Assembly: GCA_937969495.1 (NCBI GenBank)
Contig: CALBVY010000039.1
Coordinates: 9,374 to 73,373, forward strand
Direction of reading: 5' to 3'
Origin: an uncultured Verrucomicrobiales bacterium
GTDB taxonomy: Bacteria > Verrucomicrobiota > Verrucomicrobiia > Verrucomicrobiales > Akkermansiaceae
DNA length: 64,000 nt
Shown: positions 1 through 10,781 of the stretch, in pieces
Layout: each line of letters starts with the position of its first letter
How positions within the stretch are numbered: the stretch's first letter is position 1
Notes under the pieces: model-generated
What the model saw: only the letters and a program-made list of their open reading frames with translations
Databases searched by the model: none
What the model was told of the DNA's origin: nothing
Program-made: the position numbers and the translations under genes

Positions 1-469
1 CGGTAATGAGTAGAGGTACGGAAATAACCATGGCAATTAGCCTGGGTGTTACTAAATAATCGATGGGATGCACGCTCATAGAGCGCAGTGCATCCACCTG
101 CTCGGTGACTTTCATCGTGCCTATCTCCGCGGACATAGATGCCCCCACTCTACCTGCGAGCATGATACCAGTAAGTGAGGGGCCAAGCTCTCTAAGCATA
201 CCCACACTCACCAGAGCTCCACCCATAGATTCCATCTTTAGTCCACTAAGCTGAAAGAGCCCCTGTGCGGCAAGTACGGCACCCACAAATGCACCGGTGA
301 CAATCACTACTGGCTGAGAGCGAAAACCAATCTCTACCATTTGGTCTACTAGTAGATTCCATCTTTTTTTCCCACGTAGAAGAGACTCGATGATTTGTCC
401 GAGTAATAAACACAGCTCTCCGAGGTAATTGAGAAGTCCTAACAGAGGGCGACCGATGGCAGCGAACAT
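1..469 (-). CDS. mlaE: MlaE family ABC transporter permease (partial, 3' end runs off the window)
   Basis: Not in the ORF track. Manual translation from ATG at 469 gives MFAAIGRPLL...LRELGPSLTGIMLAGRVGASMSAEIGTMKVTEQVDALRSMSVHPIDYLVTPRL, the MlaE signature. Confidence 0.92.
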   Translation of the reverse strand, partial: MFAAIGRPLLGLLNYLGELCLLLGQIIESLLRGKKRWNLLVDQMVEIGFRSQPVVIVTGAFVGAVLAAQGLFQLSGLKMESMGGALVSVGMLRELGPSLTGIMLAGRVGASMSAEIGTMKVTEQVDALRSMSVHPIDYLVTPRLIAMVISVPLLIT

Positions 470-524
470 GAAGGTAAGTTAATCCCAGCTTATGATGAAG
501 CCAATGGTAAAAAAGAACCCGTCA

Positions 525-1970
525 CTAACGTGCCACGACGCTCGGCGTACTGGTAGTGCCATAACGATCCACCGCACTTACTGCTATAGCTTCTGGGGAG
601 CCTTGTAGCGCGATACTGGTGCTACTGCTGGGTATGACCTTCATCGTAAACCAATTTTTCCCATAGCGCGCTTGAATCACATACTTAGCTGCTCCAGCAA
701 TCTTATTCCACTGCGCCTTCACCCCCCCGCGTGTGGGGGCAGCGTGAATGATGGGGGTAGGAATTTTATGATGGCTGATCCATGGCATGGGCGGCACGAG
801 AGCCGCAGTGGGGTATGTGGTCTTTGCTAACATACTGGAAATATTCCCCCTATTCTCTCTCAGTGACTTCATGCTCCAGTGTACATGACCCACGTAGTTT
901 TTCCCAATACTCCTAGAAAGACTGATTTGATTAATGATCTCAGATGCTGGTCGACCAGGATCAGCACTACTATTAATACGTGCCGTAGCGATACCAGGCC
1001 AGACTGGGCGTTTCCCTTGAGTGCGCCACCAGCTCAGCAGGCGGGTGTAGCTCTGAGGGCTGTTAATACGCCAGTAGAGCTGCGGTGAGAGGTAATCACA
1101 CCAGCCGTTAGCGAGCCACTTCCGGGAATCTGCTGCGAGGTGCTCGTATGCATTGATCGTAGCGGTAGTGCCGCTGGGGACTCCAGGTTTCCAGATGCCA
1201 AAGGGGCTGATACCTACACGCACCCATGGTTTAATCTTTTTTACTGAGGTATACATATCACGCACAAAAGCATCCACATATCCACGGCGTTGGGAGGAGG
1301 TTTTGCCATCTGGAAATATCTGCTTAGGCTTACCGTTAGGTGCTACGTCTGGATAGGGATAGAAGTAATCGTCAATATGAATACCATCGACATCATAACG
1401 TCTGGTGACATCAAGGATAACAGACAGGGCACGCTGCCGGGTAAAGGAGCTAGCTGGGTCCATCCACTTGTAGTTTTTAAAATTACGGATCACGGATGGG
1501 TGCGTGCGGGTCACGTGATTACTTGTTGCCCGCATAGTGGCATTTGGCAGAGCACGGAAGGGGTTAAACCATGCATGCACCTCAATGCCGCGTGCGTGTG
1601 CTTGGGTGATACAGTAAGCCAGCGGATCATAGCCAGGTGATCGCCCCATGGCCCCACTAAGCCATGAACTCCACGGCTCAATGCTAGACCGATAGAGAGC
1701 ATCAGCATTGGGCCGAACTTGAAAAATAAGCACATTCAATTTTAGCCGCACCATCTGATCAAGCATGGCGCGCAGCTCCGCCTGCTGAGCAGAGGCGGAG
1801 AGACCTTGGCGGCTTGGCCAATCAATATTATAAACGCAGGCAGCCCAGACGCCACGGAACTCACGGGTGACCACTGGAGGCCTCTCACGGCTAGGTGAGT
1901 AACGCTGCGCATTTGCTGTTAGCGCGCTAAATAGCAGAGCGATTAGTAGAATCCAGATGCGTTTTATCAT
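525..1970 (-). CDS. Secreted glycoside hydrolase-like 10 (GHL10/DUF187, YddW/DigH-like) protein
   Basis: Motifs EFRGVW..NIDWPS, EVHAWFNPFR, YDVDGIHIDDYFYPY, DYLSPQLYW. Signal peptide from ATG 1970 (MIKRIWILLIALL); the ORF track start at 2045 is probably too long. Confidence 0.85.
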   Translation of the reverse strand: MIKRIWILLIALLFSALTANAQRYSPSRERPPVVTREFRGVWAACVYNIDWPSRQGLSASAQQAELRAMLDQMVRLKLNVLIFQVRPNADALYRSSIEPWSSWLSGAMGRSPGYDPLAYCITQAHARGIEVHAWFNPFRALPNATMRATSNHVTRTHPSVIRNFKNYKWMDPASSFTRQRALSVILDVTRRYDVDGIHIDDYFYPYPDVAPNGKPKQIFPDGKTSSQRRGYVDAFVRDMYTSVKKIKPWVRVGISPFGIWKPGVPSGTTATINAYEHLAADSRKWLANGWCDYLSPQLYWRINSPQSYTRLLSWWRTQGKRPVWPGIATARINSSADPGRPASEIINQISLSRSIGKNYVGHVHWSMKSLRENRGNISSMLAKTTYPTAALVPPMPWISHHKIPTPIIHAAPTRGGVKAQWNKIAGAAKYVIQARYGKNWFTMKVIPSSSTSIALQGSPEAIAVSAVDRYGTTSTPSVVAR

Positions 1971-2094
1971 GATCGTGAAGCTCGTGTATGAATCATTGGA
2001 ACGCAAGTGGAAAGCCCACGTGTCTGGGGAGAGTGAAAAGCACATCGAGGGCTATTTCTTCCTCACCTAGACAGCACACCCCATCCATTTTTTG

Positions 2095-3195
2095 TTAGAA
2101 ATTTAAACCCTGCAGAGATTTGGGTAAAAACACACCGTCTTTTCTGATGAGTTTACCATCAAAGTAGATCTCGCCACCGCCGTAGTCTTTACGCTGAATG
2201 GTGACCATATCCCAGTGGACTTGGGAGCGGTTACCGTTATCAGCTTCTTCGTATGCCTGACCAGGTGTGAAATGAAATGAGCCGGCGATTTTTTCATCAA
2301 AGAGAATATCACGCATGGGCTCTTTAATCCCTGGGTGGAAGCCAAGAGCAAACTCGCCGATGTAGCGAGCACCTGGATCCGAATCGAGAATCTTATTAAG
2401 CGCCTTAGTCTGCCCTCCTGCCTCCGCTTTAACGATTTTCCCTTTTTCGAATTCAAGGCGGATGTTATCGAATGGAATCCCCTGATAGACCGTGGGCGCA
2501 TTGTGTGTGATCACTCCCTCGACGCTATTTTTAACTGGAGCGGTAAAGACTTCGCCATCAGGGATATTATAGTTTCCACCACAGACGATGGCAGGGATAT
2601 CTTTGATGGAAAACTGGAGATCAGTGCCTTTGTTTTTAATATGCACGTGATCCGTTTTTTCCATGAGCCTCTTCAGAGCATTCATAGCAGGGAGCATGGA
2701 TTTATAATCGAGCAGGCAGACGCGGAAGTAAAAATCTTCAAACGCCTCCGTACTCATGCCCGCTTGTTGTGCCATAGCAGGGTGTGGCCAGCGTAATACG
2801 CACCACTTAGTTTTTGCCACGCGGTGGTTCATCACCTTGCGCATGTGCTTCATGACGGTTTTCATTTTTGCCGATGGCACATCACTGGTCTCGCAGATAT
2901 TGTGTGAGCCACGGATGGCAATGTAGGCATCCATATCTTTTATCTCTGCGAGCTGGTGCTTTGCGATAACCGCATATTGATCATCGGTAGCCCCCATAAA
3001 AAGCTCACGCCCTAGCAGACCGTGATCAACACGCACAACGGGGGTGGCTTTTCTCGCTCTCACCTCCCGAATAAGTGCGATGCCTAACTCATCTGGAACA
3101 TCCATGAGATGGAGCAGCACCTTTTCACCTTTCTTAATTGAAGTGGAGTAACGAACGAGTTGTTTAGCGAGATCAATAATGCGTGAGTCCTTCAT
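2095..3195 (-). CDS. Aminopeptidase, M29 (AmpS/PepS, thermophilic metalloprotease) family
   Basis: [38 protein letters not shown] motifs. ATG 3195 chosen over the upstream non-ATG start. Confidence 0.9.
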   Translation of the reverse strand: MKDSRIIDLAKQLVRYSTSIKKGEKVLLHLMDVPDELGIALIREVRARKATPVVRVDHGLLGRELFMGATDDQYAVIAKHQLAEIKDMDAYIAIRGSHNICETSDVPSAKMKTVMKHMRKVMNHRVAKTKWCVLRWPHPAMAQQAGMSTEAFEDFYFRVCLLDYKSMLPAMNALKRLMEKTDHVHIKNKGTDLQFSIKDIPAIVCGGNYNIPDGEVFTAPVKNSVEGVITHNAPTVYQGIPFDNIRLEFEKGKIVKAEAGGQTKALNKILDSDPGARYIGEFALGFHPGIKEPMRDILFDEKIAGSFHFTPGQAYEEADNGNRSQVHWDMVTIQRKDYGGGEIYFDGKLIRKDGVFLPKSLQGLNF

Positions 3196-3274
3196 GCCAA
3201 TGACAACTACGAGAATTGTATAAAGAATCAAGATTTCAATTGTCCCTATTGAGCTAGGCGATTAGATAATACCC

Positions 3275-3880
3275 ATGCCCGATGGTTCAGGAAAATTCAA
3301 ACTCGGTGTGCTTGGTTCTGGCTCCGGCTCGAACATGCAGGCCATTCTTGATGCCATTGAAGAAGGATCACTCAATGCGGAGATTGTTCTCGTGCTATCA
3401 GATAATCCAGATGCCTACATTCTGGAGAGGGCAAAAAAATCGGGTATCCCCGCAGAAATCATTGATTGCCAAGGATACAAAACTCGTTTCCCTGATGATT
3501 CACAGAAGCTTATTGCAGAAAAGCTCAAGGACCACGGAGTAGACATCGTCTGTCTTGCTGGTTTTATGCGCTTGGTGAAACAGCCTATGTTAGACGTCTT
3601 TCCTGATCGCATCCTTAATATTCACCCCTCATTACTTCCTGCATACCCTGGCCTTATGGCGTGGCAACAAGCCGTAGAAGATGGTGCACAAGAGTCTGGC
3701 TGCACCGTTCACTATGTAGATGCTGGCATGGATACCGGCCCAGTTATCTTACAAGCGCGAGTCCCCGTACTTCCTCACGATACAGCAGATAGCTTACACG
3801 CCCGCATTCAGGAGCAAGAACACCAGCTTTACCCAGAGGCCATCAAGCTTGTCTGGAAAAAACTTTCCCACACACAATAA
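3275..3880 (+). CDS. purN: Phosphoribosylglycinamide formyltransferase
   Basis: GSGSGSNMQAI, LAGFMRL, LNIHPSLLP, GCTVHYVDAGMDTGP. Confidence 0.96.
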   Translation: MPDGSGKFKLGVLGSGSGSNMQAILDAIEEGSLNAEIVLVLSDNPDAYILERAKKSGIPAEIIDCQGYKTRFPDDSQKLIAEKLKDHGVDIVCLAGFMRLVKQPMLDVFPDRILNIHPSLLPAYPGLMAWQQAVEDGAQESGCTVHYVDAGMDTGPVILQARVPVLPHDTADSLHARIQEQEHQLYPEAIKLVWKKLSHTQ

Positions 3881-3904
3881 TTCCCATCACGAACCCATAA
3901 AATA

Positions 3905-5161
3905 ATGCCTACCAAAAAATCAGCCACCAAGAAAGCCGCCAAGAATACCCCCCAAAGAGCGTGGGAGAAACCCATGCCTAAGGCGCAGTTCGAGTTCATG
4001 CGTGATATCTTAGACGCACCTAGCCCCATCGGTATTGAGGCAGCGATGTCCTATGGTGTGCTTAAGCCTTACTTTGAGAAATTCATGCCCAAGTCATGGG
4101 TTATCCACCAGTTTAAGGGAAATGCTGGCATCGTGCTCGATACCCACCCTGGCCAGGACAACATGACCTCCGTAATGATCATCGGCCACGCTGATAAGAT
4201 CCGTATGCAGGTGCGTAAAATCGACAATGATGGCAAGATCTGGGTGAATACAGATTCATTTCTCCCCTGCACTCTCATCGGCCATGAAGTAAAACTCTTC
4301 AGCCAGCAGCCGGATAAGCCAGGTGCATTCCGCTGTATCGAAGGAGGCACCATCGAGGCACTCGGCGCTATCCACTTTTCAGAACCTGCACAACGCTCTG
4401 GTGACAAAGGCCTGAAGCCAGAAATGATTTATCTAGAGCTCCAGATGCACGGTGAAAAGTGCAAAGAGAAAATCGAAGCACTCGGTATCCGTCCCGGAGA
4501 CCCGATTATTCTGAACCGCCCGATTAAGCGCGGTTTCTCTGAAGATAGCTTCTACGGTGCCTATCTCGATAACGGCCTAGGCTGCTTTGTCGTTGCAGAA
4601 ATTGCCAAAATTCTCGCGAAATCACCACTCAAGAATGTGCGCGTGCTCTACACCATTGCCACACACGAGGAGATTGGCCGCTTTGGCGCTACCGCCATGG
4701 CTGGTGAGATGAAGCCAGACATCCTCATTGGCTCTGATGTTAATCATGACTATGATGCCGCTCCTGGTATTGGAGCTAAGCGCATGAACTCGCTTACTAT
4801 GGGTAAAGGCTTCACCTTGACCAATGGCTCCATCACCAGCGCCTACCTCAACACCATCATCGAGCAGGTATGCCTAAAAAATAACATCCCCTACCAGATT
4901 GACTTCTCCGGACGTGATACGGGCACAGATGCCATGGCAGCTTCTCTAGCAGGTATTGATAGCGCCGCCACATCCATAGGCTTCCCTATCAGGAATATGC
5001 ACACCATTTCTGAGACCGGACACACCACAGACGTTCTCGCCGCCATCCACGGTATGGTAGAAACCTTCAAAGCCATGGATAAAATGAACCGTGGAAAAGG
5101 AATCTCACGCGATGACCTAAAGGATGGTCACCCTCGTCTTGATCAGGCAAAAGCTCTTTAA
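3905..5161 (+). CDS. M42 family (M20/M25/M40 clan) metallo-aminopeptidase
   Basis: Metal ligands in HADKI, LDNGLG, THEEIG, DVNHD, NMHT; Lys/Ala-rich N-terminal tail. Confidence 0.85.
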   Translation: MPTKKSATKKAAKNTPQRAWEKPMPKAQFEFMRDILDAPSPIGIEAAMSYGVLKPYFEKFMPKSWVIHQFKGNAGIVLDTHPGQDNMTSVMIIGHADKIRMQVRKIDNDGKIWVNTDSFLPCTLIGHEVKLFSQQPDKPGAFRCIEGGTIEALGAIHFSEPAQRSGDKGLKPEMIYLELQMHGEKCKEKIEALGIRPGDPIILNRPIKRGFSEDSFYGAYLDNGLGCFVVAEIAKILAKSPLKNVRVLYTIATHEEIGRFGATAMAGEMKPDILIGSDVNHDYDAAPGIGAKRMNSLTMGKGFTLTNGSITSAYLNTIIEQVCLKNNIPYQIDFSGRDTGTDAMAASLAGIDSAATSIGFPIRNMHTISETGHTTDVLAAIHGMVETFKAMDKMNRGKGISRDDLKDGHPRLDQAKAL

Positions 5162-5363
5162 CTCATGCTGAGTTTTATTATTGATTTTTTTCTTTGTCCA
5201 GCGGGCATCACTGACTGCATTCTGCAGAATGAGCACTTTAAACATGAAGATAGGATCAAATGGCGGTTGACTTACTTTATCTTGTTTATACCCCTTCCCT
5301 ATTTATTATGGAAGGGTGAATGTAGATCTCAAGGTTCTTAAAGGTGCGCTAAATAGTTCGTTT

Positions 5364-5392
5364 TTGACAGAAACTTCAAAAACATCAATACT
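5364..5392 (+). promoter_or_regulatory. Putative sigma70 promoter of the RND operon (TTGACA-N17-AATACT)
   Basis: Perfect -35 at 5364-5369, 17-nt spacer, 4/6 match -10 at 5387-5392; predicted +1 falls at about the ATG (5399). Confidence 0.45.
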
Positions 5393-5398
5393 GTGCAC

Positions 5399-6469
5399 AT
5401 GCAAAGTAAGCTTTTTCGAAATCTTTTCATTTATCACCTTCTAGCTCTTCCTGTCCTCGTGTCCTCCTGTGGAGAAAAGAAAAAAAACTCTAATGAGGAA
5501 GTCGTTCGCCCCGTGAAAATGATCACCATTGAGGCAGCGAGTAACATTCAGGATATCAAACTCCCGGCAGTCATTCAGGCCAGCTCCTCGGCGGATCTTA
5601 CTTTTAAGGTTTCCGGCCAGTTGGTAGAGTTCCCAGTCTCTTCGAGCCAAAAGGTCAAGAAGGGCGATCTCATCGGTAAGCTCGATACCCGCAGCTACCA
5701 GAACGAGGTTATGTCTGCTCAGACTGATTTCGATGCCGCGAAGCAGGACTTCGACCGAGCGGTGACTCTGCTCGCGCAGGATGCCATCGCAAAGAAAGTC
5801 CACGATCAGCGGGAGGCCACGCTGAAGGTCGCTAAGGCACGTCTCGATAATGCTAAAAAGTCGCTCGAAGACACCGTCCTTCTCGCACCCTTCGATGGCA
5901 TCATTTCTAAAAAACACGTGAGCAAGCGCGATAACGTCCAAGCGCTTGCCAAGATCGCCACGCTCCAGACCATCGGTAACGCTGAGGCCTCGGTGCAGGT
6001 TCCGGCCTCTCTCGTTGCCAATTCTCGAAACATCGAGACTGTGGAATCCTTCGTTATTCTCGACTCCTCGCCCGATATCAAGATGCCGACCAAATTCGTC
6101 TCCGCTTCCACCGAAGCTGATCCTCAAACGCAAACTTTCAAAGTCACCTACGCCTTCAGCCCACCAGAAAACATCGTCATTCTCCCTGGCATGACCGGCT
6201 CTATCGAAGCCAAGATCACGGACAAAAACGCCTCCACTTCCAGCCAGATCAGCGTTCCCATCGCCGCCATCTCTGCCGAGGGCGAAAAAACCTTCGTCTG
6301 GATCATCCAGAAAGATTCCATGACTGCCACGCGCCGCGAGATCACCGTGGGAGAAAGTCTCGGTCAGGAAGTGCTTATCACCTCTGGCCTTCAGGTCGGA
6401 GAAACCGTCGCCGGCGCTGGTGGCCAGTATCTTCACGAAGGCATGAAGGTCAGCGAATTCAAAAACTAA
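5399..6469 (+). CDS. RND efflux periplasmic adaptor (membrane fusion protein), lipoprotein
   Basis: Lipobox LVSSC, VRPVK, L.FKVSGQL, lipoyl/hairpin region, LAPFDG; precedes an RND permease. Confidence 0.92.
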   Translation: MQSKLFRNLFIYHLLALPVLVSSCGEKKKNSNEEVVRPVKMITIEAASNIQDIKLPAVIQASSSADLTFKVSGQLVEFPVSSSQKVKKGDLIGKLDTRSYQNEVMSAQTDFDAAKQDFDRAVTLLAQDAIAKKVHDQREATLKVAKARLDNAKKSLEDTVLLAPFDGIISKKHVSKRDNVQALAKIATLQTIGNAEASVQVPASLVANSRNIETVESFVILDSSPDIKMPTKFVSASTEADPQTQTFKVTYAFSPPENIVILPGMTGSIEAKITDKNASTSSQISVPIAAISAEGEKTFVWIIQKDSMTATRREITVGESLGQEVLITSGLQVGETVAGAGGQYLHEGMKVSEFKN

Positions 6470-6479
6470 CGCGCTTCCT

Positions 6480-9400
6480 ATGAATCTCGCTGAATTTTCC
6501 ATCAAGAATCGCCTCCTCTGCAGCATCGTCATTTTACTGGCGACGGCGGGTGGCTGGTTCGCCTACCAAAACATGGCGCGCTTCGAGGATCCTGAGTTTA
6601 CGATACGCCAAGCTCAAATCTACACCTCCTATCCCGGTGCCTCTCCGCTCGAAGTGGCGGAAGAAGTGACCGAGCCCCTTGAGTCCGCCCTCCAGGAACT
6701 CGCCGAGGTCGAAAAAATCACCTCCACCAATACCGACGGAAATTCCCAGATCAGCGTCGAGGTGAAATATGAGTTTTCTAAAACTAAGGCGGACCTCCAG
6801 AGCGTCTGGAGCAAGCTCCGCAACAAGGTCAAAGACGCCACTCTCCAACTCCCAACCGGCGTTTCCACTCCTTATGTGAATGACGACTTCGGCGATGTCT
6901 TCGGCCTCTATTACATGATCACGGGCGAAGGATTCACGCCCAAGGAACTTCACGACTACGCCAAGAAACTCCGCACCGATCTTCTCGCCGTTGAAGGCGT
7001 CGGCAAGATCCGCATCAGCGGCGATCAGAAGGAAGCCATCTACGTCGAGATCTCCCGCGAGCGAGCATCCGCCCTCGGCCTTTCCGTCGGCAAGATCTAT
7101 CAAGACCTCGCCCAGCAAAACTCCATCATCTCCGCAGGCGATGTCCAGATGGGCGACCGCCGCCTCGTCATCTCGCCCGCAGGCTCTGTCGATTCCGTGG
7201 AAGCGATCAAAAACGTCATCGTCTCCACCCCGGCTGACGACACCATCGTTTACCTCAAGGACATCGCCACCGTGCGCCGCGACTACGTCACGCCTGTCAC
7301 CTTCATCCAGCGCGACAAAGGCCAACCTGCTCTCGGTTTCGGTGTAGCCAATGTCCCCGGTGAAAACGTCGTCAAGATCGGCAAAGCCATCGACGAAAAA
7401 CTAAAAGCCACCCTCGGCTCCCGTCCGCTCGGCATCGAAGTCCACGAGTTTTATCACCAGGGAAAAGTCGTTGATGTCGCGGTGAAAGACTTCGCCTTCA
7501 ATGTCTTCCTCGCGCTTGTCATCGTCCTCGTCACCCTCTTTTTCTTCATGGGGCTGCGCTCTGCCATCGTCATCGGTGCTGTTCTCCTCTTCACCATCGC
7601 GGCGACTCTCACCACGATGTATCTCATCGATATCCCGATGCATCGCATCTCGCTCGGTGCTCTCATCATCGCTCTTGGGATGCTCGTCGATAACGCTATC
7701 GTCGTGACCGAAGGCATCCTCGTGGGCACCCAGCAGGGTCGGAAAAAATTAGACATCGCCAAGGAGATCGTCAGCAAAACCATCTGGCCACTCCTCGCAG
7801 GAACTCTCGTTGGCATCATCGCCTTCGCGCCTATCGGCTTCGCGCCCGGACAGACTGCGGAATACACCGGCCACCTTTTCTGGGTCGTCATGATCTCGCT
7901 CTTCTTCAGTTGGATCTTCGCGATCACCCTCGTCCCGCTTTTTGCCGATCTCCTTTTCAAAGAAGCCTCTGGTGAAAAGACAGAAGCCAAACCCGAAAGC
8001 AAATTCCTCCTCGGCTACAAGGCCATGATGCGAGGCGTCCTCCGCGCTCGCTGGGTCGTCATCGCTATCACCGTGGGACTTTTCCTCGCCTCCGTCTGGG
8101 GATTCCAGTTTGTGAAAAGTGGATTCTTTCCCGCCTCAACGACTCCCCAAATAGTAGTCGACTACTGGCTCCCACAAGGCACCGACATCAGCACGACCAA
8201 AGCCGACATGCTCGCTCTCGAAAAGAGCATTTCAGAAATGGAAGGCATTGATGCCGTGCAGACTCTCATCGGCGGCGGCTCACCGATTCGTCACATCCTC
8301 GTCTACGCCCCAGAACCTAACAACACCTCCTACGGCCAGCTTCTCATCAAAACCAAGTCCTACGAAGCCATCGCTGGAATGCTGCCAAAGATCCAAGCTC
8401 ACATCGATCAAAACTACCCGAACGCCCAAGGCAAAGTCTGGCAATTCTCCCTCGGACCCGGCGGTGGATCGAAGATCGAAGCCGAGTTCACTGGACCCGA
8501 TCCCGTCATCCTCCGCCAACTCGCCACCCAGGCCAAGGCCGCCATGGCTGCCGACCCGAAAGCCATCATGATCAAGGATACCTGGCGTCAACCCATCCCT
8601 TACATCGAGCCGCAATACTCCGAGACTCGTGGCCGTCGTCTCGGCATTTCTCGTGAAGATCTCGCCGCTGCTTTGCAGACGAACTTCTCAGGAAAAAACG
8701 TCGGTGTTTACCGCGAGGCAGACACCCTCATCCCCATCGTTGCCCGCGCTCCTCAAGACGAACGCCAATCGCCCGAAAACATTTCTAACATCCATATCGC
8801 CAGCTCCACCACCGGAAACACCGTGCCTCTCACCGAGACCGTTGACGGTTTCAAGACCCTCTGGCGCGATGGCCGTCTCATCCGCGAAAACCGCGTCTGG
8901 CTCATCAAAGCCCAGGCCGATCCCACCGTCGGCGAACTCGCCTCCGACCTCTTCGCCCGCGTGCAACCTGCCATCGAAGCGATCGAACTCCCCGAGGGCT
9001 ACAACCTCAAGTGGGGGGGCGAATACGGCGACAGCGCCGAAGCCTCCGGCGACCTCGCCAAGACCATTCCCCTCGGATTTCTCGCCATGGTTCTCGTCGT
9101 CGTTGTGCTCTTCAATGCCTTTCGCCAGCCCATCGTCATCTGGCTCGCGGTTCCTCTTTCCCTCATCGGAGTGGTCTTTGGCCTCATAGTGATGGGAGTG
9201 CCGATGGAGTTCATGGCCATCCTCGGATTACTCTCGCTCTCAGGACTACTCATTAAGAATGGCATCGTCCTCGTCGATCAAATGGATCTCGAAATCAAAG
9301 ACGGCAAACCCCGCTTCGATGCCATCGTCGACTCCGCCGCCAGCCGCGTCCGCCCCGTCATGATGGGAGCACTTACGACAGTTCTAGGAGTCATCCCACT

Positions 9401-9536
9401 CTTCACCGACGCCTTCTTCAAGTCCATGGCCGTCGTCCTCGTCTTCGGCCTCTCCTTTGCCACCGTCCTCACCCTAATTGTTGTCCCAGCCTTCTACGCC
9501 GTCTTCTTCCGCGTGAAGAATAATGAGCGAGCGTAA
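6480..9536 (+). CDS. RND efflux transporter permease (AcrB/AcrD/AcrF family)
   Basis: 1018 aa with two TM bundles; LGMLVDNAIVV, KNGIVLVD, SRVRPVMM motifs. Confidence 0.96.
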   Translation: MNLAEFSIKNRLLCSIVILLATAGGWFAYQNMARFEDPEFTIRQAQIYTSYPGASPLEVAEEVTEPLESALQELAEVEKITSTNTDGNSQISVEVKYEFSKTKADLQSVWSKLRNKVKDATLQLPTGVSTPYVNDDFGDVFGLYYMITGEGFTPKELHDYAKKLRTDLLAVEGVGKIRISGDQKEAIYVEISRERASALGLSVGKIYQDLAQQNSIISAGDVQMGDRRLVISPAGSVDSVEAIKNVIVSTPADDTIVYLKDIATVRRDYVTPVTFIQRDKGQPALGFGVANVPGENVVKIGKAIDEKLKATLGSRPLGIEVHEFYHQGKVVDVAVKDFAFNVFLALVIVLVTLFFFMGLRSAIVIGAVLLFTIAATLTTMYLIDIPMHRISLGALIIALGMLVDNAIVVTEGILVGTQQGRKKLDIAKEIVSKTIWPLLAGTLVGIIAFAPIGFAPGQTAEYTGHLFWVVMISLFFSWIFAITLVPLFADLLFKEASGEKTEAKPESKFLLGYKAMMRGVLRARWVVIAITVGLFLASVWGFQFVKSGFFPASTTPQIVVDYWLPQGTDISTTKADMLALEKSISEMEGIDAVQTLIGGGSPIRHILVYAPEPNNTSYGQLLIKTKSYEAIAGMLPKIQAHIDQNYPNAQGKVWQFSLGPGGGSKIEAEFTGPDPVILRQLATQAKAAMAADPKAIMIKDTWRQPIPYIEPQYSETRGRRLGISREDLAAALQTNFSGKNVGVYREADTLIPIVARAPQDERQSPENISNIHIASSTTGNTVPLTETVDGFKTLWRDGRLIRENRVWLIKAQADPTVGELASDLFARVQPAIEAIELPEGYNLKWGGEYGDSAEASGDLAKTIPLGFLAMVLVVVVLFNAFRQPIVIWLAVPLSLIGVVFGLIVMGVPMEFMAILGLLSLSGLLIKNGIVLVDQMDLEIKDGKPRFDAIVDSAASRVRPVMMGALTTVLGVIPLFTDAFFKSMAVVLVFGLSFATVLTLIVVPAFYAVFFRVKNNERA

Positions 9537-9583
9537 GTTTTCTGACTCGCTCCCAGTGATGAAAGGTGCAAAATAAATGGTTT

Positions 9584-9601
9584 TGGCAACGGACCTTGCC
9601 A
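9584..9601. promoter_or_regulatory. Palindrome TGGCAA-N6-TTGCCA, candidate operator upstream of the XRE-IrrE gene
   Basis: Perfect 6-bp inverted arms 31 nt upstream of the ATG at 9633. Confidence 0.3.
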
Positions 9602-9632
9602 GCTATGCTAGTATTTAGAAAATCATTAAGTA

Positions 9633-10781
9633 ATGAAAGTCACCGTCCAGCCTCGGGTTTTGGAATGGGCCCGCCAGAGAGCGGCGCTCACTGAGGGTGA
9701 ATTGGCCAAAAAACTGGGTGCCAAGGAGGAACAGATTGAGCAATGGGAAGACGATGGGACGTTGACCTACAAGAGGATCGAGAAACTCGCGAAAGCGACC
9801 CGGGTTCCCTTTGGCTATCTCTTCTTGAGTGAACCGCCGAAGGAAAAACTCCCAGTCACCGATTTCCGCACTGTCGGTAGCAATGGCGAAAATGAGCCAA
9901 GCCCAGAGCTATTAGATGTCATCTACGATGCCATGCGGAAGCAGAATTGGTATAGAGATCATCTACTGGAGATGGAAGCTGACCCTTTGCCTTTCATCGG
10001 TTCTACCACACTGAAAACTTCTCCACTTCAGCTAGCTTTAAAAATTAGGAAAAAGTTCAGGCTGGCGACATCTCTGAGAAGCACGGCCAAAAACTGGGAA
10101 GAAGCATTAAACTTCATGTTCCGGCATTGTGAGGAGGAGGGCGTTCTAGTCCTGCGCAGCGGGGTGGCATCCGGTAATCCACACCGTCCCTTGGAGATAA
10201 GCGAATTTCGTGGTTTTGCTCTAAGCGATCCATACGCGCCACTAATTTTTATTAACAGTAAAGATGCTCCTGCAGCTCAAATGTTTACTCTTATTCACGA
10301 GCTTGTGCACTTATGGCTGGGAGTTTCTGGGGTGTCCAATCTCGAGAAAACATACGCTCAGAATCAGAAAATCGAACAGTTCTGTAATCAGACGGCGGCT
10401 GAAATTCTGGTTCCGCTCTCTGAGCTAAAAGAAGTGGTCCAAGAGGTGGGAACGGAGACTTCTACCTTGAGAAAGCACTTCAAAGTAAGCCTTCTGGTCA
10501 TTTTCCGAAGGCTCAAAGACTTAGGAGTGCTTTCTGAAGCGGAATTCAAAAAGCGTTACAAAGCAGAAGTCGATGAGTTTCAGAAAAAGCGGAGCAAGCA
10601 GAAGGGTGGCGGAGACTACTATGCCACTCAAAAAGTCCGGGTGAGCCCCAGCTTTGCACGTGCCTTGATTGGCAGCACGCTAGAAGGGAAAACACCTTAT
10701 CGAGAGGCTTTCGGGCTATTGGGTGTCAAAAAAACAGAAACGTTCAAGAAATTTGCCAGTGAACTTAAATTCAATTTCTGA
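9633..10781 (+). CDS. XRE-family HTH + ImmA/IrrE (Peptidase_M78) metallopeptidase
   Basis: N-terminal HTH (WARQRAALTEGELAKKLG), DFRT motif, FRGF, HELVH zinc motif, EQFCNQTAAEILVP. Confidence 0.92.
   Translation: MKVTVQPRVLEWARQRAALTEGELAKKLGAKEEQIEQWEDDGTLTYKRIEKLAKATRVPFGYLFLSEPPKEKLPVTDFRTVGSNGENEPSPELLDVIYDAMRKQNWYRDHLLEMEADPLPFIGSTTLKTSPLQLALKIRKKFRLATSLRSTAKNWEEALNFMFRHCEEEGVLVLRSGVASGNPHRPLEISEFRGFALSDPYAPLIFINSKDAPAAQMFTLIHELVHLWLGVSGVSNLEKTYAQNQKIEQFCNQTAAEILVPLSELKEVVQEVGTETSTLRKHFKVSLLVIFRRLKDLGVLSEAEFKKRYKAEVDEFQKKRSKQKGGGDYYATQKVRVSPSFARALIGSTLEGKTPYREAFGLLGVKKTETFKKFASELKFNF

Noticed and set aside
5441-7325. Long antisense ORFs (363 aa and 263 aa) opposite the RND genes
   Set aside because: They are shadow ORFs caused by the strongly biased GC-rich codon usage of the sense genes and have no recognisable motifs.
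9584-9599. sigma54-like TGGCA...TTGC upstream of the XRE-IrrE gene
   Set aside because: GG-to-GC spacing is 11 nt, not the required 10; kept only as a palindrome.
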